NCBI GenBank assembly: GCA_050273025.1
Contig: CP158635.1
Span: forward strand, 2,108,001 to 2,172,000
DNA: 64,000 nt
Origin: Cenococcum geophilum
Lineage: Eukaryota
Direction: 5' to 3'
Part shown: positions 36,577 to 49,800 of the stretch, one piece after another
Layout of the letters: each line of letters opens with the position of its first letter
Position numbering within the stretch: the stretch's first letter is position 1
Translations under genes and position numbers: made by a program
Notes under the pieces: model-generated
Seen by the model: the letters and a program-made list of their open reading frames with translations, nothing else
Databases searched by the model: none
Told to the model about the DNA's origin: nothing

Positions 36577-38902
36577 TAAAGCAAGGATTAGTAATAGAAA
36601 TTATAATACTATTAGATATGGCATTTATTGCTTTATAAAATAGAAGGAGAAATATCTAATAAAAAGGATTAAGTAAGTAGATAACTACTAGTGCTAGCTT
36701 ACTACTTAATAAAGGCAAAAGGCTATAAGCGTAAAATTCCTAAGAAGAGATAAGATACGCTTAAGGACCTATAACGGATAAAAACCGATAGATTAGAGTA
36801 GTAGCTTAGTTTAGAAGTATATAAATAAGTATAGGATAGAGTTTCCTAGAGGTATAAAACTCTTAAGATAAGATAAGTAAAATTTAAAACTCTTAAAATA
36901 AAATAAGAATATTATAGAAGCCTAGTTAAACTAAGGCTAGAGTATAACTTAAGAAAGAAGTAAGCTTAGGATTAAGAGTCTTATAGGACTAAAACTTTAT
37001 AATATAAATAAGGACTATTAGGGAGATTAATAATAGGACTAAGAAGTAAAAAGACTTTAAAGATCTACTTATAAGGTAAGAAAAAAAAGAAACTATAAAG
37101 CAGTTTAGGTAGATAATCCTTATATAGTAAGAGTAAAAACTAGACTAAAGATCTAGTATACTAGGTCGTATAAGGGACAGAGCACCTATATAAAGAATTA
37201 CTAATAGGCTAAGGGTAGGTACGCTAAGAGTAAAATAGTTAAATAAACTAGAATAAGGGGAGGGTCTAGGGATTCCTATTAGGTTTAAAGAACGATATAT
37301 AAAGGGCTATTATAATATAGTAATAAGAAGATATTTCCTTACGAGTAAGCTGTATATACTTAAGAAGTTATACTAAAAGTAGTATAGATAGCGACATAAT
37401 AATAAGTAGGAGGATTTTTATATATAGTTAGACGAATGAGTTATTTAAAACTACCTAATTATAAAGAAGGCTATAAACCATAGTAAGGGAGCCTTAATTA
37501 TAATATTAAAGGATTTAGAGATATAGTTAGAGGACTAAAGAAGCGAGAAGCGTATCTTGGTACCCGCGAATAAAGTTATAATATTTAGGTCTATACGGCA
37601 AAGGTTTAAACTTAAGGAGGAAGATAAGCTAAAAGTTAGCCTAAAGTACTTAGTATACTATATATTACTATAGATCGTATATATAGATTATATATACGAT
37701 ATATATAAAATTTAAAAGAGAATAATTAGAAGTACCCTATAAGAATATATTAGGCGCTAGAGGAGCAATAATATAGAAATATTAAGTATATATATAGCTA
37801 GTATCTAATAAAAGTTTAGGAATTAGGAGACTTAATACTTTAACTAAAAAAATTCCTTACCGAACAATACTTAGATAGATAATAGTAGTAGGAATGCCTA
37901 AAGAATATATATTTATGGTATATTAAAGACAAAAAGTAAACTAGGTATTAGCTAAAGAATAAGCTAAGTATAATAGAATTAAGTAGCTAATAGTTAGGAA
38001 AAGTAGAGGCCTATAAAACTAAAGGGAGCTAGTAGTAAAGCCTTAGACCCTTAAAGGAATTTAAGGACAATACCTAAATTTATAAGTTAATTAGTAAGAT
38101 TAGTAGTTTAAAGTATTAATAGATAGTAGAGTAATAAAAAAAACTATATCTTACTAATAGTAGTTAAAAGGATAGGACTACCTTATAGATAGAAGGAGTA
38201 CCTTTATCTATTAGTAATAATTTTACGAGATCCAATAGCCTATAGAGGAGGTATTATTAATCCTAAAATAGGACCTATTTAAATAATCATTAAAGAAAGA
38301 CTAATTAAGATATTATTTAATATCCTACTATTAGAACGGGATAAGGTAGTATTAGGAATACTTTAGTTATAAAAATATAATCCTAAGATCGATTAGATTA
38401 TAGGTTAGGTTAATATTAAAGATATTTAACAACGTAAAAGGTGTATAGTAACTAAGTTAGTATAGTTGTTGGGAATAAAGGCAAGTGGTCACCATATAAG
38501 GCATATTGCTGTTATATATGGCAAGTTGCCGTTACGTACGGCAAGTTACCGTTACGTGTTGCCGCGGCACTAGCGTAGCGAGGAGCCTTAAGCTCCTCAC
38601 CCTCCCTTATAGAAGATATATAGAATTAATTATTATACTATCTACGAACTATAGCTATATAATATTACCTTATATAACTAACACTAATTAGTAGTTAACT
38701 TTACTGTTATATCACAGAGCAGCTAGGTATTCTACTAAAAAGAGATAAGCTACTATACTAGTGCTACTTATACTAAAGGGAGCTGTCTTTTAAGGTTAGA
38801 ACTGGTCCTAAATCTTAAATAAAACTCTTCTACGAATTTAAGGATTTAAAGGCTAGAACTAGTCCTAAGCCTTTCTAAGATTATAGATTCTTGCGTCTAT
38901 TA

Positions 38903-41900
38903 TATTACGGACGCTTTAAGTACAATATTACGACTACTTGGAGAAAAGACGGAAGAAGCTAGTTAGTTAATTTAGGTACGGTCTAGGATAGAGCCAATAG
39001 AACTATATAACGAGGAATAGTAACTAAGGTTATATAATATAATCTATATAATCTATATAATCTGTGTAATCTATAACAGAGTAGACAGAGCACACATATA
39101 TTACGTATAAGAAGGATTTTATAGGAGTACGGTTGTGTATTTAAGGACCCTTAGTCCCTACCTAGATAATTCCTTCCTTATAGTAATTCTTAGAATATAA
39201 TTAGAGTTAATCTATTAGGCAACCACTCCACCAGTTATTATTACATTATTAACTTTTATACTTACATTTCCTATACACCTAGCCTAATAACGAGCCCACC
39301 ATAGTTCCTGCTACAAGATTCCGTTACACAATTACTACCTAGTTACGGTATTAATATAAAAAGTCAAATAATATGCCACCAAAAGCAGCCACCACGACGC
39401 CATTAACGGCAGCAACTACTTTAAGGATAGGAGGTAATACTAGTATAGTAGATACTAACTTATAGCAACCTATAACGGTCGGATAACTATAGGAAATAGT
39501 TAACTAGCTAATAGCTAATTATATAGTGTTAAAAAAAAGACTTAATAGGATAGGAGTAGTAAAGATTAAGCTATTATTAATTAAGAGATTTATAGGAGAG
39601 AGGTTAAAGCTTAAAGGATTCCTTACGCAGATACACTTTAAAGTCTTATAAGAGGGAGTAAAGTTACCTACACCCGTGGATCGGATAGCCTACATAGGAC
39701 TATTCTTATTAGGAAAAGCACTTAAGTAGTTTAAATCTTACCTTATAGAGATATAGGCAAATAGAATAACAACTACTAACTAAGACATGCGATTTATATT
39801 CTTAAGCTAGGAAGGATTTACAGAATAACTTACACAGATATTTAGAGACCTAAAAAAAATAACTATAGCGAAAAAAAAACTCCAGAACCTTATATAACGA
39901 ACTTTAGCAATTAAGTATATAATATAGTTCTAGACACTAGCAATATAAGTAAAGTGGAATAATAGGGCGCTTATGGTATAGTATAAATAAGGACTTAAGG
40001 CTAAAGTCTAGGACGTAATTATTCTAATAGAAGATGCGGACACCCTAAGGGAATTAATAGATTAAGCAATTAAGATTAATAATAGGATCTTCTAAAGGGA
40101 ACAGGCTAAAAGAGGCTAGGATAGAGTTCTATAGTTATATAAGGCGTAAAGTACGCAGCGACTAAAGCTAAGTTAGAAAATATAGTATGGCGTAGAGCTA
40201 ATAGACCTAAATAGTACTAAAGAAACCTATAAGAGAGGGAGCAAACTATAAAAACCTAAAGGATAAGGATTAAGTAATTAAAGGTCTAAAAAGCAGAGGC
40301 TAAATTAGGGATCTTAATAGTAGAAGACATTTAGGCGGACTCTATAATAAGAAAAATGGTTTAAAGAGGGAGCTTATATAAATTACGGAAAATAGGGTTA
40401 TTATATTAGAGACTGTAAAAGTGGGCAGAGTTACTATATAGTAAAAGGTATAAGACTAGTAGACGATATATATATATAAAGGGACGATAATATACTACAA
40501 GGAACAAAAGAATATTTAATTAGAAGTTTTGCGTTTTGTTATAATAATATATACCAAATTTATAAGGACACTAAGTATAGCGTAAGCTATTAGCTATAGA
40601 AGCTAGCACCTATAGGATATAGAGGAACTAACAAACTAGTTTATAGATCGGATATTAAGGACAATAAATTTAACATAGGCGAAATATTCTATAATAATAA
40701 GGTAATAAGGGCCGCTTACTAGGAGCAAGTAGACCTTAGAGATATTATACTAAAGGTAGAGGATAATTCCACTATAAAATAGGAAATATTAGTAGGGATC
40801 GAAACCCTACTAGACACAATGTCTATCACTTCGCGAGATATAAAAGAAGTAGGATAGCGAACTACTTTGGCACTTAATAAAGGCAAAAGGCCAAAGACTT
40901 AAGATTCTTAAGACGAGATAAGAGACGACTAAGATTCTTAAGACAAGATAAGGTATACCTAAGGACCCATAATGGACGAAAACCGATAGAGTAGGGTAGT
41001 AGCTTAGTTTAGAAGTATACAAATAAGCTTAGGATAAGAGTTTCCTATAGTATAAGATTCTTAAGACAAGATAAGTAAGATTTAAGACTCTTAAGACGAG
41101 ATAAGAATACTATAAATACCTAGTTGGACTAAGGCGGGAGCTAAGCTTAAGTTAGAAGTAAGCTTAGGATTAAAGAATTTAAGGGACTAAGATTTTAGAG
41201 TACGAATAAGGACACCTATAGGTAAGAGGTAAGAAGCTTCTTTATAGATTAGAGAATCTGTAATATAAACAGTAGTTAGACTAGGAGACAGATATATAGA
41301 CCTAGAAGACTTACTAGGGGAATATAGTGTTTAGCCTAAAGATCGAAAGTTTGATACTAGGATTAAGAAGTAAAATAACTTTAAAAATTAGAGCGTAAGG
41401 CGCAAACTAAAAGAAACTATAGAAGAGTTTAGGTAAAGAATTATTATATAGTAAGAATAGAAACTAGATAAGAGATCTAGCATATTAGGACGTATAAAGG
41501 ATAGAGTACTAGTATAAAGAATTACTAATAGGCTAAGAGTAGGTATACTAAGAGCTAAGTAGCTTACCAAACTAGAAAATAAAGAGGATTTAGGGATTCT
41601 AACTAGGTTTAAAGAATAATATATAAAGGGCTGTTATAATACAGTAATAAGAAGATACTTCCTTACGGACAGACTATATACACTCTAGTAGCTGTACCAA
41701 AAGTGGTATAGGCAAAGGCACAATAATAAGTAAAAAGATTTCTATATATAGTTAGATAAAAAAGTTATTTAGGACTACCTAATTATAGAAAAGGCCATAA
41801 CGCATATTAAAGGAGCCTTAATTATAACGTTAAAGGATCTAGAGGAACGCTTAGAGGACTAAAGAAGCGAGAGGTATATCTTAATACCTATAAATAAAGT

Positions 41901-44900
41901 TATAACGTTTAGATTAGCATAATATAGGTTTAAACTTAGGGATAAAGATAAGCTAAGAGTTAACCTAAAGCACCTAGCATACTATACGTTATTATAGATT
42001 ATATATATAGACGATATATGCGAAATATATAAGAATCCAAAGGAAAAGAATTGGAAATACCCTATAAGGATATACTGGATAATAGACAAGTAATAGTACA
42101 GAAATGCTAAATATATACATAGATGGCATCCAGCAGAGGCCTAAGAGGAAGAAAGTTTAGTACTTTAACTAGGAAGATTCCTTATAGAAGAATGCTTAGA
42201 CGGACAACAGTAGTAGAAATACCTAAAAAATATGTGTCTATAGCATATTAAAGATAAAAAGCAAACTAGGCATTAGCTAAAGAGTAAGCTAAGTGCACTA
42301 GAATTAAGCAGCTAATAGTTAGGAAAAGTAGAGGCCTATAAAACTAGAGGAAGCTAGTAGTAGAGCCTTAGACCCTTAAAGGAATTTAAGGATAATACCT
42401 AAATTTATAAATTAAGTGGTAAGATTAGCAGTTCAAAGCGCTAATAGATAGTAGAGTAACGCGAAACTATATCTTACTAGTAGCAGTTAAGAGAATAGGA
42501 CTACCTTATAGACAAAAGGAGCAACCTTACCTATTAATTACAATTTTAGGAGATCTAATAACCTATAAAGGAGGGATTATTAATCTTAAAACAGGACCTA
42601 TTTAGATAACTATTAAAGGAAAATAAATTAAGATATCTTTTAATATCCTACTATTAGGACGGGACGAGGCAGTACTAGGTATGCCTTAGTTATAGGAATA
42701 TAATCTAAGGATTAATTGGATTATAGGTTAGGTTAATATAAGAGATACTTAACGCTGTAAGATATAATAATAAGCCAAGTTAGTATAGTACTAAGTAGGA
42801 GCAACCTATAAAGAAATAGAAAAAGGACTAAGTTATATACTAAAGAAATACTATAAGTATAGTAAAAAACTATAGTTACCGGAAAGTAAAAAGCTGTTAA
42901 AATATATAGCATAGGACTATAAGATAGAGTTAGAACTAGGAATAAGTCTAAAGTTTTTTCTAATCTATAAGCTTACTAAGAAAGAAGGTAGAGCGTTAAA
43001 AGAATTTATTTAGGAGAATCTATAAAAGGGATATATTAGACCATTATAGTTATTAGCAGGTTATCTAGTACTATTCGTACTAAAAAAAATGGCAAACTAA
43101 GGCTGTATATTAACTATAGGTAGTTAAATAATATTACTAGAAAGGATAAGTATCCTTTACCCTTAATTAGCAAAATCTAAAATAGAATAGATAATGCGTA
43201 AATCTTTATAAAGATAAATCTAAGATAGGCGTACTATTAGATTAGGATTAAGGAAGGCGATAAATAAAAGGCAGCCTTTAGGTTAAAGGAAGGACTATAT
43301 AAACTATTAATTATGTAATTTAGGCTTATAAACGTACTAGTAATATTCTAGAAGTATATTAATAATATATTAGGAGAATACTTAGATAAATTTATTATAG
43401 TATATCTTAATAATATTATTATCTACTTAATAACTAAGGAAGAATACAGGGAATATATTAAATAGGTTTTAAAGAGACTATAAAAGGAATAGATACTAGT
43501 AGTAATTAAAAAATGCAAGTTCTTCATTAAGAAGACTAATTTTATTAGATTTATTATTAAACTAGGCTAACTTAGTATAGATCTAAAGAAGATTAAGGCT
43601 ATAGTGAATTAGTAGGAACTAAAGAACATTATATAGTTAAGATTATTCTTAGGGTTTTATAATTATTATAGAAGGTTTATAGCACAGTAGTTAAAGGATA
43701 TTAAGCTATTTACGCGGTTAATAAAGAAAGAAGAACTATAGGTATAGGGAGAGAAGTAAAAAGAACTCTTTAAAAAAGTTAAAGAGTTATTTACCTAGGA
43801 GCCAGTTCTTAAGATCTATTAACTAAGACTAGAGACGGTTATAGAAATAAACGCATTAAACTATATACTAGGGGCGTACTTTATATAAAGGTATTAAGAT
43901 AAATAGCACCTAGTGGCATACTATAGTTAGAAGATAACACTACTAGAGTTAAACTATAACATTTATAACAAGGAGTTATTAGGTATAGTTATAGCATTAA
44001 AGAAATAGAGAGCATTCTTATAAGGTATAGAAAAACTATTTATAGTTAAGATAGATTATAAAAACCTAATAGGATTTCTAATAATAAAGGAATTTAACTA
44101 AAGATAGGTTAGATGGGCAGAGATACTTACGGAATACTATTTTAAGATTTAGTATATTAAAGGTATAGATAATATGCGGGTAGATGCTTTAAGCCATAAA
44201 GCTAAACTATAAAATAAGGAAAAGCTATTAGGGGCTTTATTACAAAAAGATATAGACGGATTAATTAGGTATAATTATCCGAAAATTATAGTAACTTAGA
44301 AAAATAATAAACTAGAAAAAGTCTATAAGATACCAAAAAGCTTTTAGGTATAAAGAATTCTAGAAGTATAGCTAGAAAATCTATAGGCGGATATATACGA
44401 AAATTGGGAAGTAAAGTATATCCTAAGAAGCATAGCAGAATAGTTTATAGAAGACTTCTATAAGGGATTAATTTAAGGACATAATAGAGCTATAAGCTTA
44501 GTGTTAAGACTTTAGGAGGAGTATATTATTAATAGAATCTAGAGGATAGCCAGAAAAGTTATAAAAGAATATTTAGATTGCTAAAGAAATAAACTAACGA
44601 GGTATAAGCTATATAGAGGGCTACAACCTATTAAAATACTAGAGAGACTATAGGAGGTTATATTATGGAACTTTATTATTAAGTTACTAAAATTAAAAGA
44701 TCCTATTACCGGATAAGATTATAACGCGATCTTAGTAATAGTAGATAAGCTTATAAAGTGGGGATACTTTATAGCATATATAGAAGAAATCTTAGCGGAA
44801 GATATCGCTAAAATCTATGTAAAAGAAGTATTTATAAGATATGGAGTACTAAGTAAGATTATATCGGATAGAGATCTAAGATTTATAGTAGTATTCTAAA

Positions 44901-46875
44901 AAGTGTTCTTAGCGGAGTAAGGAATTTAAGTAGTAACTTTTACCGCATATTATTTATAGATAGATAGCTAAACGGAAAGATTAAATTAGACGCTAGAGTA
45001 GTATTTAAGGCATTATATTAACTATGTATAGAATAATTAGGTATTACTATTACTAGTTATATAATTTATATATAATATAACACCTTAAAAAGGAATAGGC
45101 ATATTACTATTTAAGGTAAATTACGGATATAAGCTAAAAATATTATTATTACTATAATAAGCAAAGAAAATAAGTAGTAGAGCTAAAGAAAGAATAAAGG
45201 ATTTAATAAATTTTTATATAGACCTTATAGAATTAGTAAAGAAAGTATAAGAAAGAATAAAAAAGTACTATAATGCTAAGAGATCTAAGGAACCAGATCT
45301 TAAGGAGGGAGATAAAGTATAGCTACTATATAAAAATTTTAAGAGTTAATAACTAAGTAAGAAATTGGACTATGTTAGACTAAGACCTTTTAAAATTATA
45401 TAGAGGATTTTACTAGTTACGTTTAAGTTAAACCTACTAGCCAAAATAAAGATCTACCCTATATAGCACATTATAATACTAAAGCTAGTATATAGGAATA
45501 TTAAGCCACTAGTTTATAAAGTAGATATATATAGAGGATAGGAAGAAGATAAATAGTAAGTTTTAAAGATTATTAATTATAAGGACACTAATAATGAAAT
45601 ATAGTACGAGGTTAAGTAGATAGGCTATACTAAAACTACCTAGAAGCCACTAAAGAATCTAAAAAACACTATAGGAAAGGTACAGGAGTATTAGAAGAGA
45701 TTAGGTTAGGCAGTATTAATAAAGAAGGATCGCTAAAGAATAAGTTACCTAAGGGGGACCTAAGAAGAGCAGTTGCTAAGCTACTTAGATCTATTTCTTT
45801 CTCTATTAGAGGAGAATCCGTTTTTTTATTACCTAGTTTCTATAGACCTTATTTTATAAGTTTCTACTCCTTAAAATAAACCTTCTTACGCACCTTCTTA
45901 AGACGGATTAGCTAAGCGGACGCCGCTAAATAAGACTCTAGAGCCTGTTACTAAGCATTAGCAGCCTTTTATTTAGCGTCCTAAGATTAGCGCAATTTAG
46001 TAAGAGTAATAGACAGTTTATTATCTAGCTGTGTAGCAGCAGATTAAACATAAGACCTTAAGATAAATTAATTAGGGAACTAGACAACTATTAAGAGTAA
46101 TAGGTTGCGTATATTTAGTATTAAAAGTAAAGCAAACGTTATAGGACGAATAAATATTTACTTTAGTACACTTTAAATAAAAGGACAGTTATTGCGAAGA
46201 TAGGTTCGCCAATATAATATAAACTAACCCCTTTTTTAAATAGCGAGAACACGGAGACGGTATAATCTCACTAAGAGATAATATTATAGTAATAGTGCGA
46301 GCATAACAAGCAGTCGAGGAAGAAGAAATTACTTTAGGTATAATAAGCAATAATATTAACTAAATTAATTAGACGGATATTACACCTCTAGTAAATAACT
46401 TAGAGATATTTTAAATCTTTAAGGACGAAGATAAAGAGGAGGGAGATGGTGTTACGGACGCTTTAAGTATAATATTATAACTACTTAGAGAAGAAACGGA
46501 AGAAGCTAGTTAGTTAATTTAGGTATAGTCTAGGATGGAGCTAATAGAACTATATAACGAGGAATAGTAACTAAGGTTATATAATATAATCTATATAATC
46601 TATATAATCTGTATAATCTATAATAAAGTAGATAGAGCATATGTATATTACGTATAAGAAGGATTTTATAGGAGTATAGTTGTGTATTTAAGGACCCTTA
46701 GTCCCTACCTAGATAATTCCTTCCTTATAGTAATTCTTAGAATACAATTAGAGTTAATCTATTAGGCAACCACTCCACCAGTTGTTATTACGTTGTTGAC
46801 TTTTGTACTTGCATTTCCTATATACCTAGCCTAATAATAAGCCCACCGTAGTTCCTGCTACAAGGTTCCGTTATA
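38903..46875 (+). mobile_element. Full-length Gypsy chromovirus family B, copy B1 (7973 bp), nested in the Copia 5' region
   Basis: 426-bp LTRs at 38903-39328 and 46450-46875. TSD TATTA at 38898-38902 and 46876-46880. gag ATG at 39373, PR-RT-RH-IN-chromodomain order, polypurine tract AAAGAGGAGGGAGATGG. Confidence 0.95.
45706..46341 (-). pseudogene. Antisense intron-containing accessory gene of Gypsy B1 (Zn2Cys6-like spacing + coiled coil), RIPed
   Basis: Reads PCSR(C)LKKGLV(C)IILAN...(C).KCTK.NI.SS(C), where bracketed Cys are TAT/TAC interpreted as RIPed TGT/TGC. Same 636-bp span as the B3 copy. Confidence 0.7.
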
Positions 46876-49800
46876 TATTACGCAGAATAATACACTTTAT
46901 AAGTCTTTACGATTTAAGGCTAGAACTAGTCCTAAGCCCTATAATTACAAATATATATTACGAACGCGTACTAAATAATAATCTATATACTAATAATACT
47001 TCCCTTCCTCTAAAAGCATGGCTACGCCAAATGACTAGAAAGATTCCTTACTATTAGGGGTAGTTAAGCACGCGAAACTTATTAATAAAGATTAGGACGA
47101 ATTCGCCTTTAATATAATAACTTATACCGTAAAATAAGTTAACGGCTTTCTCCTATACTATATTATATTCTACTAAAATAGATACTACGCCAATTTATAA
47201 CTGTAGGAGTACTTTAGGGAGGATTTTATAGGATGGACTGCTAATACCTAGGTACTTGGCAACGTTAATATTATTTGGGATTTTTAAGACTTCCTCTATA
47301 GGAATGGGGTATACGTTATTAAGAACGGTAACCTAATTGCTAGTAATATTTAGGCCGTTATTATTAGTATAGAAAAACTAGTATAGATAGAAGCTAAGAT
47401 TATACGTTAACTATAGAAACCTAAAACTAACATATATTCTTTAGAAGGCAACTTTAATTTGTATTAAAACCCCTAGAACGCTAATTCCCTACTTAAAGGT
47501 ACTCTCCTATTAGGAGGTGCTCTCCTACCTAGAGGTGCTTTTTCGCTACCCCCTCTATCCTAGCCAACCGGTAAGCCTCTACTATAAGAAGTTACAAATC
47601 TGATAAAGGTATATTTAGATAAAAAAAAAGTTTAAAGGAGAATTGTATAATATGCTTGGAGTAAAACTATAGGTCTTCTATAACTGTTATAATAAGGTTA
47701 AAATTTAATGCTACTAGTACTACTACGCTTTCTCTATTATATTAAAAGGATAGGCAGTAATATTTTATTACAACTATATTACGGGTAAAAACTATAGCTT
47801 TAATATAATGCTTTAGCTTACTAGAGCTTACTTTAAGACTAATAAGAATTACTAACTGTATATATCCGAATGGCGGGAAACTACGTTTTAAAGAGTTATT
47901 ACTTCTAACCTAACAAAGACTCGTTTAGAGTGCCTTTAACTACTCTTTAATAAACTATAGAAAATCTAATATAGCCTTATTAAAACTTACTAAAATAAGA
48001 ATAGCCTAAGGGACTAGGTTATCTTAGCCTGCCGTAGCGTCCCTAAGTGCAATTTGGCGCTATATAAACCTATAGATACGTTTAAAGGAGTATATACTAA
48101 GCTACGCTTCGCTATAGGTACTATAATATAAATATAAGAATCTTAATAGTTTTATACTAAAAGCCTTACCTAACTAAGCGTTCCTAACTAATATAATTAT
48201 AACTAGACTAATTAAATATATAGTGGCCGTAGTAGGGAATACGGTAAAGGGTATAATTAATATTAACTATAAGGTAATTATAGAGGTCCTTATAGAGGTT
48301 TATTTTAAAATAATTACTAGAAAAAGTACTACGTTTATAAGAAGCTAAATTGCTAGTTAACTAGATACTCCCTTAATAAGCGAAAAGAGGTATATAATAA
48401 GTTCCGTTAGAGTATAAAAACGTTAGAAATTATAAGGTTACTACGGCCTACTTTTAAAGCTTCCTGGTTTAATATAAAGGCGTAAAAGATCTTAAGGGTG
48501 AGGTTAATAAGGTTAAACAGCTCCTTATAGATATAAAAATTAAGGACTACTCCCCTAACCAATACTTTACTAAGTATAGTAAGGTAAATAGTATACAAAC
48601 CGTTACTATTCTTAATAATTAATCTACGCTCTATTCTATTATAAAATTAGATATCTTTAATAAGCTAAATAAGAGTTTTATATTTTCCTTTAATAATAGA
48701 TACTCGGCGTACGTCTTTTATAGTATTATGCCGGATATAGAAGCCGTAGGAGTATCTATAGTAGGAGAACCTTAAGTTTAAGCTCTTTAGCAGCTTAATA
48801 GCTCTATTTAGATTAACTAATTAATAGTAGGCCAATATATAATTCGCTTTAGTAAAGGTACTATAATTTCTTTTAGCACAATTAGGGTCTAAATCCCCTT
48901 AGAATATATTACTTTTTATATTATTTCTACAAATACTCCGTTTCTATTTTGCATTAAAGATATAAATAAGTTAGGCGTTAGGCTTAATAACCTTAAGAAT
49001 ATACTTATTTAGGGAGATAATCGGGTACCTATTATGCGTAAGTAGAATTACCCCTAGTTACTTCTTTATTAACTAGAAAAGAGTGTTACTTAAAGCCACT
49101 TAACTAAGTTAGAATTACGCTAACTATACTATCGTTTTGGCCACCTATCCGTTTATTAATTACTTAGGGTTCTTTAGTAAATAGGCTATAAAGTTAAGAT
49201 TAAGGTAATTAAGTATCTTATAAAGTACTACTATTACTACTAAATAAACTAGAAGTCCCCTAGCTGATTTAAGTTTACCCTTAAGGATAACTATAACTTT
49301 AACTTCTATATTATTATTAACGTTATATATCTTAGCGGCAAGCTAGTACTCTAAGTTATTAACTTTTTAACCTCCTTTTAAGCCGCGCGTTTTTTAAAAG
49401 ATATATTAGCCAAAAACGTATAGGATACCCTTTAGTTATACTAGATTAATATCTATTTAGGACCCCCTAATTAAATTATCTATAATATAGGAAAGAACTT
49501 CTTATCTATAGAGTTCTAATAATAGATAAAGGTAATAGCAATTAAGGTTAAGGAAGTCCCCGTTAAGGTATATAATAGTATTAAAAAAGTAGAGCGATAT
49601 TACGCGCCATTACACTACGTATATAAGATTATCTCTTTAGAACTAAAGGATGCTAGTAAAGAACTTACCTTATAAATAGCTATTAAAGCTATTAATAATT
49701 CTGCTAGCCCGGATGGACTCATACCTATATTACTAGTCTTTAGCGCCTACCCTTAAATAACTAACAATTCTCTACTATCTCCCTTTATTATATAATAAGC

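Noticed and set aside
39030..39075. AATCTRTRT 9-mer arrays in family B LTRs, superficially array-like
   Set aside because: Simple LTR-internal tandem repeats without spacers; not CRISPR-like, and the context is eukaryotic.
39329..39350. Possible self-priming (Tf1-like) primer-binding site after the B 5' LTR, since no TGG tRNA PBS is present
   Set aside because: Complementarity to the LTR is only partial and RIP obscures it; cannot be supported by eye.
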